From Balanoglossus misakiensis (taxonomy: Eukaryota; Animalia; Hemichordata), in NCBI GenBank assembly GCA_040954595.2, contig CM082582.2, positions 12,994,327 through 13,058,326 on the forward strand: DNA of 64,000 nucleotides, written 5' to 3'. Position 1 is the stretch's first letter, and each line of letters starts with the position of its first letter. Below, piece by piece: positions 57,168 to 64,000 of the stretch. Position numbers and translations under genes: made by a program. The notes beneath the pieces are model-generated. The model made no database searches and was not told where the DNA came from. It was given only the letters and a program-made list of their open reading frames with translations.

Positions 57168-59062
57168 ATGGCGGTCGATTCAAATTTTGTGAGAGAGGCC
57201 TTCGCCCAAATTCAAATCCCACCGTCTATGTATCGAACTGTACAACAGAGATTCGACCAAGTGTAAGTTTCAGCAAGTTTAAATCATACGTATGCATCCG
57301 AAATGGTTGAGCCTGCCCTAGGCTATGAAAGATCTGACTTGGTTTTCTATAAACAATAACATGTTGTTTTTGTACAGTGTACAGTCCATACACATTGATT
57401 AAATGTGTGTTCTTATTTGTAGGTATGAATGGTTAGAGAATGGTGGAAAGCACGATGAATACAGAAGCAGTCCCCCACTCCCAAACTTACTTCCACCAGG
57501 ATGGCCTTTCAGAAGTTCAGGTTATCAGGACAAGAACTGTACGACTGAATCAACATCAACATTAAAAAGGAAAAGAAAACAAGATGCTTTGAAAGAAGAA
57601 AACAATCCAAGAAGTATGGATGAATTTAAGACATCAGAATATATCAAGAATAACAGGGAAGAGTATGAGTTCAGGAGTGACCAACATAGATATGCGAGTG
57701 ATGACGAAGACTCCAACGATGATGACATGGATGATGTTGATATGGAAGACGGAGATAAAGATGAGAAATATGATGGCAGAGATGATCATCATGGTTGTGT
57801 TGTAATCAGCGAAGATGGTGGTGATGATGATAACTACAGTGGGCACGATGAGGCTGCTTATCATGGTAAAGGCAAAGGCGATGATGGTGATTACAGTGGG
57901 TATGATGAGATTGATGATGGTGATCATGGTAACAGTGATGATGATGATGATGACAAGTTGACATTAGAGGACTTGCATACAGAGTCAACAAAGTCAGTCG
58001 TCATGTCAACAACCGAAGAAAGTCGTGAGAGACCACTAGACACAGTGGATGAGTTCATGTTCTACAGACCAAGACAAAACAGGTACCTTTATTTTTAGTT
58101 AAAATGTAACTTTTCTTGTATGTTTTAAATCCTACAACCATTAACATTACTACCTTGTACTGGGTTCACCCTACAACTGTTACAAATAATATGATTTTAT
58201 CTGTAAACTATAGGAAGACCGCAACAGCTCACAAAAGACTGAATGTGGATAAAATATGGCTAGCAACTAAGAAGACACCAACTGACAGAAAACATATGAA
58301 TGAAGGAGACAACATGCCAGTGTACTTACAAAGGTATGGCTCAAAAGCTATATGTGACAGAGACTATCAAAAACTTCCAACATGCCCATAGTCAAAATGT
58401 ACACTATTGGTCAGCAACCTAGTGCTAACTCTTTTGCTTTTCATTATTTCAACAGAAATCTTCAACATCAGGGATTTCAGTTGCATGATCTCAGTGAAAC
58501 AGAGGCGCCTGAAGATTATGTATATAAAAGTGGAGTAAAGAAATCCAGATCTGACCAACACCACAGAGAATCATACATGACCAAACCTCCTGGATCTTCC
58601 TCCGGACGAAGAACAAAGCTTTTGAAAGTCGTTGATTCATCTGTGATACAAGTGAAGAAAGTAGAGGAGGAGAGGCAGGAAGTGCACGAAATGCATGATG
58701 GGATTGCTGCAAAGGACTGGAATACTGGGAGACAAAGTGGAGACAAAACACAGACAGCAGTGGTGAATAAAAACATTGCTGTTTGCAAACCGAGGAAGAG
58801 ACTTTCAGACGTTGCAAGCACCAGAAATACTGACGCTGTCACGCTGTTTACACCAATCAAGGGACTTGCTAAGAAACCACGCAGCATTAAAAGGCAACGC
58901 GTGGAAAACCCACGGGTGATCAGGAATCAAGCTGTCAGAAGTGTGGGAAAGAAAAACCTGGTTCATTCGGAATCTCTTTGTGTGCCGGATTTGTTTGATT
59001 CAGATACAAGCAATCACTGTGGTGGCATCTGGAACAGAATTGTGGATGAAAATCCAAGATAA
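57168..59062 (+). CDS. Uncharacterised protein (~490 aa) with Asp-rich middle and basic C-terminus; exons 57168-57262, 57423-58082, 58214-58333, 58456-59062
   Basis: Four ORF segments join in frame through canonical GT-AG sites (all phase 2). GTCATGG start, KRKRK NLS-like motif, AATAAA at 59257. Family not recognised. Confidence 0.75.
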
Positions 59063-59771
59063 AGATGCATATGTACAAATGCAAAGTTATGATGCAGGTT
59101 TATAATTTCCTGATGTTAACAGTTGCTAAAAAGAAATTCCTTCGCTCTGCACTATATAATTTCAGATTTTGTACACTCATTTGTTGGATTGAAATAATTT
59201 TGTAAATGGCCTGTACACATTCAAGTTTCTTTTACACTGTATAAATACTCCTTGAAAATAAAGCAGACTTTCACACCTAGAACTGGCAGTATTAGTTTTA
59301 TTGGTCTAATCAAGATACAAATGTAATTTGGCTCAAATATGTTCCATGTCACACTGATTTCAAGGCTATGATATAAAATAGACAAATTCCATCAAAATGA
59401 ATACTACACAGTTTACTCAATCCAAGTTCTTGCATTCATTAAAAAGTAGCTAGAATCCCTTATCTAATTACTTTTACATCTATACCCTGATATTTCCCAA
59501 ACCTAGCTCAAAGAAAAACAAACGAGTTCTGAAACTTCTCAAATTAAAAGAATATATTGTAAACGATCTTTAAAGGATACAGAGGTTCAGCTGACATTAC
59601 TTTTCATAATTACCAGTCTACTATAGCACCCTGCTCAAGCACATGACCCCAATGGAGTATTTGATTTTCTGATTTGATTAAAAAATAACTACAGCTGCCC
59701 GACAACACATCAGATAACTCTAATTTCAGTTACTGCTTACTTCCACAGAATCCATACTGTTTCCATGGTGA

Positions 59772-61691
59772 CTATTTCAAGGTTGAGAATGATGCTGGCA
59801 GTAGAATTTTGTTATTCATCTGTACAACATTCTTCCACAAATCCAGACCTGAAAAAAAATCCAAGGTACTATTACTTGGCAAAAATCCACAAGACCCTGG
59901 GAGATTTCACAAGGCAATTCATATGGGAATATTCTCTGGACGCAAGGCAAACGACACTGACACAAGACACCTGGCCAATGGGGAAAGTTGACCAAACACA
60001 TCAAAAAAAGGGTATATCGGAACTTTCTGGGATCAGGCCATAATCTCAGTGAAATAGTTGAATCTCACATTAGATGTAAAAAGACAGACTGGCCAATGTT
60101 CTTTACTTACTTGCAGCTCGGACTTCTTCAGTAGAATTCACAATCTGCCTGCTTTCTCTTCTGTTATCCAAACTCTTCCAGTTCCACAGAGTATACACTG
60201 AAGAAATCAAAACAAATATCTTTGTGAGAAGGAATATTCTTTTGACTGGGTGGCAGGCCCTATATGTGATGCATGTGTGAAAATGTAGATTGTTCCTGTA
60301 CACACATCAAGCCCTCATCATAAATAAACCACTTCAGTATAATTCTTGTCCATGTAGGTCCATACATTGAAAACTTACCCATGTTTAGCTGACCCACATC
60401 ACTGAACCAAACACCCATGATTTTACAGACACCCGGCTGTATCTTGTCATATTGTTCAATTCTGACTTCCACTGCTTTCCTAACACTGTCCAACCAGGCA
60501 TTGTCTCTTGCTGGCTTAAAACTATAAAACCTCAACTCATATACACCTGTACAGAAAAAGAGAGAATTCATGACTCAAAAAGATGATCAATACATGTAGT
60601 GTGTTCTTCCAATATACTTTAAACAGGAAGACTGGAATACATTGTGCCCGAACAACACTCACCCCCTTCAGCAAGTGGTGTGTCATACACTGGATGCCAT
60701 GGTACAGCCTGTACGACTGTATTATCTTGCTTGACAATCATCTTGGTCATCCTGGAAATATAACTACTTAACCACACTGGATCCTCTGATAAAGCCTTCC
60801 TCACATTAGTACGGTGGGCAAAGTTGTCTGCAACAGAGAGAGAATTGTCAATTCCCTGCTATCTGGTTAATGGTTGGATTTTGATTTGTCTAATAAAAGT
60901 GATGTTATTTTTCAAAATGTTCACTTCTATTCATCTCAGCTTCTTCTGATATGTCAGTTTGTCTTCATTGCAAAATCAATACATTTTACAATGATCAAGT
61001 TCCAGTCCTTCAAAAATGTAATTACCATATTCCCAAATGTGAACCACTTCACCCAGACCGCCCAATTCAGTTGTCCAATAGCCGTACAGTTTGGAGTGAT
61101 TTGTCCTCAGGTGGAACTGGTCCTTTGTCAATTCCATGAACTTTCCAACTTTGGATGGATGGATGGAGTATATGCGTAGTTCATATACTTTGTCCACATT
61201 GTGGTTTGGATTGGTTTTGGAAAAGTTCCTGGCGGCTGTAATACTTGGCAGTGAATATCTGACGGGATGTGCCTACAGGTAGGGGAAAAAATGATGGTAG
61301 AAGGTATAGCAAATACATGATCCCGCAGTACTCTTGTATTAATGCAATAAAATAAGTGTGCCATCACATGGTCCTTTGAACACTTGGACACGCCCTTTTG
61401 ACCATATATAGGCATATGCAGATAGAAGGTGACCATACTGTAATATGGTCACCCTGATGGCCACCTCAAACCAGCACTCCAGAATGTATTACGACCAAAA
61501 AACGGATGCATGAGTTGCTCGGACCCCAGGCCCAGGGCACGGACCAGGACCAAAACTTTGCTCGAGGGCCGTGACGTCTTCACGTCGACTTGAGATGGGC
61601 CTGAGGAATGCATGATGTAAACGTAAAAACAACCGAAACTTACCAGAGACTGAATTTTGCAAAGTCTTTGGAGATGCTTCAAAGAGAGCAT
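59772..61691 (-). CDS. NipSnap family protein (NIPSNAP3-like, mitochondrial); exons 61691-61644, 61272-61026, 60827-60663, 60546-60379, 60197-60111, 59848-59772
   Basis: Two NIPSNAP repeats: VYELRIYSIHP...GYWTTELGGLGEVVHIWEYDNFAHR and GVYELRFY...GVWFSDVGQLNMVYTLW. C-terminus LLPASFSTLK, basic targeting-like N-terminus. Confidence 0.9.
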
Positions 61692-62795
61692 GGTTATTAA
61701 TCACTTTATGCATCAACAATAAGTCTCTCTGCACATGCGAAGCAACCAGTAGCAGGCAGTAATCGCGTTACGTGAAACGCGACAACACGCATAACCTTTG
61801 CACCTTTGAGACCCCCTAGCTTTGTCAATATTGGAATTATTTAAAGGAGTTGGAAATCAAATAACTTATATTTCCAGTATGTATTCATCAAACTGTCAAA
61901 CATGTTGTTTCCCACGTAGTACTACCACTGTGTTGCTGTCATTATTTACCATTGTCACTCAGGCACAATACCAGACCACTGAACTTTGACCTTTGATCAA
62001 TGGTCACCATTCAAATGTTAACCGTACCATCAGTGGAATTTGGATCCTGTGCTATTTACATGTTGGTCAGCTTTGTCCACGTCTGCATCTTTACTGTCCC
62101 TGACAGTCTTTGTCCATGTGACACAATACATGATTTGATAATGGTATTATATTTATTGTACTTTGTTGTCATGGCTACAGTGCTAGTGTTTAAAGGTGCA
62201 TTTTCCAGACTCAAGAATCTGACATACAAATCATAAAACTATCACCAAATATAACAAACCAAAATGTTGTGTATCACAGCTGCTGATACACAGTGTGTTT
62301 TGTTTCGAGTTTACGGTATTGTGATATGTGAGAAAGAAAACTTTCCCCTATGATAAAAAGATACATTATCTTCATTAGTCTTTATCTTGACATTCGCACG
62401 CCAAATACACAATAATTTGTAAAAAAGTAAAAATTAGATTTTACAGTCCTTATTTGACAGCAATTACCAGGAATCAATCGGAACGTTTTTGTAAAGTGAG
62501 AAGTTGTAACTCCTTCAAACGCACTTTAAAAAATCACAAATTCTTGTTTTAATTGTATTTATACCTACTTACAATAGCTACCTTTAACTAGACCAAACAA
62601 TAAATATTGGCGACATCATAATGAATGTTCTTTTCATAAAATTTGCCTGAAATCAGTGACTCTATGATGGGAAAGACTTGAAATAGTGCCTGCGAACTTT
62701 CATCAATCTCATAGACATGATCAGGTGGAGTGTTTATTTGCATTGCGAGGCTGCCAGGAGTAAAGAGATGAGTTAATGTTGGAGGACCAGCAGTC

Positions 62796-63817
62796 CTATC
62801 CTTTAGATGCCCACTTCATATCATCCGATCTCGGCTTTGAACCGGTTACTTTCTCAATCATCCACTCAGCTCCTCGCCAGAAATTGATGAGTTCCAAAGG
62901 ATAGTTGAGCCACCCTGTAGTGATGCAGTAGTAGCTTTCATGCGGAGACACATGATGGATTCGGTGATGCTGGCGTGGAAGGATTATATGCCAATCCTGA
63001 AGGAGAGTCACCCATTTCGGCAATCCAAAATAGGTGTGCGACCACTTGTGAAACTGGTTGGTCAAGGTGACGAAGATTACCATGGCAACCAGGAAACAGT
63101 CAAAATTGTATCCTTCTTGCAACTGTTCTGCAGTTTGCGTCATGTACTTGTGCGTCAACCAAACCAACCCAGGTAATGTAGCAGCACAGTTGTCGCCATT
63201 CACTTCAATGAAATCGTGTCGAGTAATCGAGGTCGGGTCAATATGATGTTCCCGGAATGGTCGAATGAAACCCTAATGAAAACAGAACGTGAATATGATT
63301 AGAAAGTCATTGTCAAAGTGGGTTTTCATTAGTGAATACGAGACTTAAGACCACAGAAATCTTTGACTCTTTTTTAAAGTTTTCATAATGGTACCATAAT
63401 AAATTCTCCATATCTTACATATATTTAACTGCACTCAAACATAACTGTACACATATTCTCCACTCATAGAAAAACATTAACTTACAGCACCAACAACAGG
63501 CATGTCAACTGATCCCCAGGTGTCCGCACCCCAATGAACCAATCCAGAGGCAAGGTCAGCTGCCAGGATTCCTAGAACTAAACAGATGTATAATAATGAT
63601 GAGAATAATTTAAAAGCAGCTACATCACAGAGAATCATTCTTATTAAAAACATTATACTTTAGACTAAATAGATTTTGTCATTTTTGTTTCACTTACTTA
63701 TGGCAGGAAATATTGTTCCTATCCTGTCTGGGTGGAAGTTGAGTGCCATTTGACAAAACACATAGATCAATAACACAAGGTAAATAGCCACACATATTAG
63801 CTCTTGGGTTCGTTTAC
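62796..63817 (-). CDS. PEDS1: Plasmanylethanolamine desaturase (Kua/TMEM189), 3' part; exons 63817-63698, 63577-63486, 63272-62796; 5' exon(s) outside the window
   Basis: His motifs [71 protein letters not shown]. Confidence 0.95.
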
Positions 63818-64000
63818 CTGAAAAATATCACAGAACATTGACAAATATGAGATAACAAATAATGATAGTGTACATTTGCACATATAAATAAGTAAATTGT
63901 AATTTATTTAATACGTCATAATGTAATTAATATTTATCTTCCCTTTGTTGACTTGTAAATTCACAATTTTGTATGACATTGACTGTCGCGAGTTGAGTGT

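Noticed and set aside
57634-57991. His-rich and Ile-rich ORFs on the minus strand
   Set aside because: Antisense readings of the GAT-rich Asp tract of the plus-strand gene.
61750-62795. PEDS1-UBE2V1 style read-through partner
   Set aside because: The downstream gene here is NIPSNAP3-like and no UBE2V sequence was seen.

Overview
Animal (invertebrate-like, possibly basal deuterostome; organism is a guess) nuclear genomic DNA, not prokaryotic. Bases 1-~15.1 kb are a very homogeneous 87-bp tandem satellite with internal dyad symmetry, decaying into diverged monomers to ~15.46 kb. The huge ORFs there are artefacts. Next comes a gene-dense block: a secreted GH1 beta-glucosidase (lactase-like, minus strand) with two duplicated alternative last exons; three intronless-CDS PPP1R3/CBM21 glycogen-targeting paralogs (plus); ~12 kb of non-coding, CRE-rich DNA; LYRM4 (minus) head-to-head with FARS2 (plus); a ~30-exon TBC1D32/BROMI with a U12-type intron; an unrecognised acidic/basic protein gene; NIPSNAP3-like; and the 3' part of PEDS1/TMEM189. 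The best leads are: a splice donor just after the stop codon of every PPP1R3 paralog, possibly splicing to shared non-coding 3' exons within a domain carrying about 11 perfect CREs; the switchable duplicated C-terminal exon of the GH1 gene; and PPP1R3-LYRM4-FARS2 microsynteny matching human 6p25.1. Exon coordinates were read by eye and may be off by a few bases.
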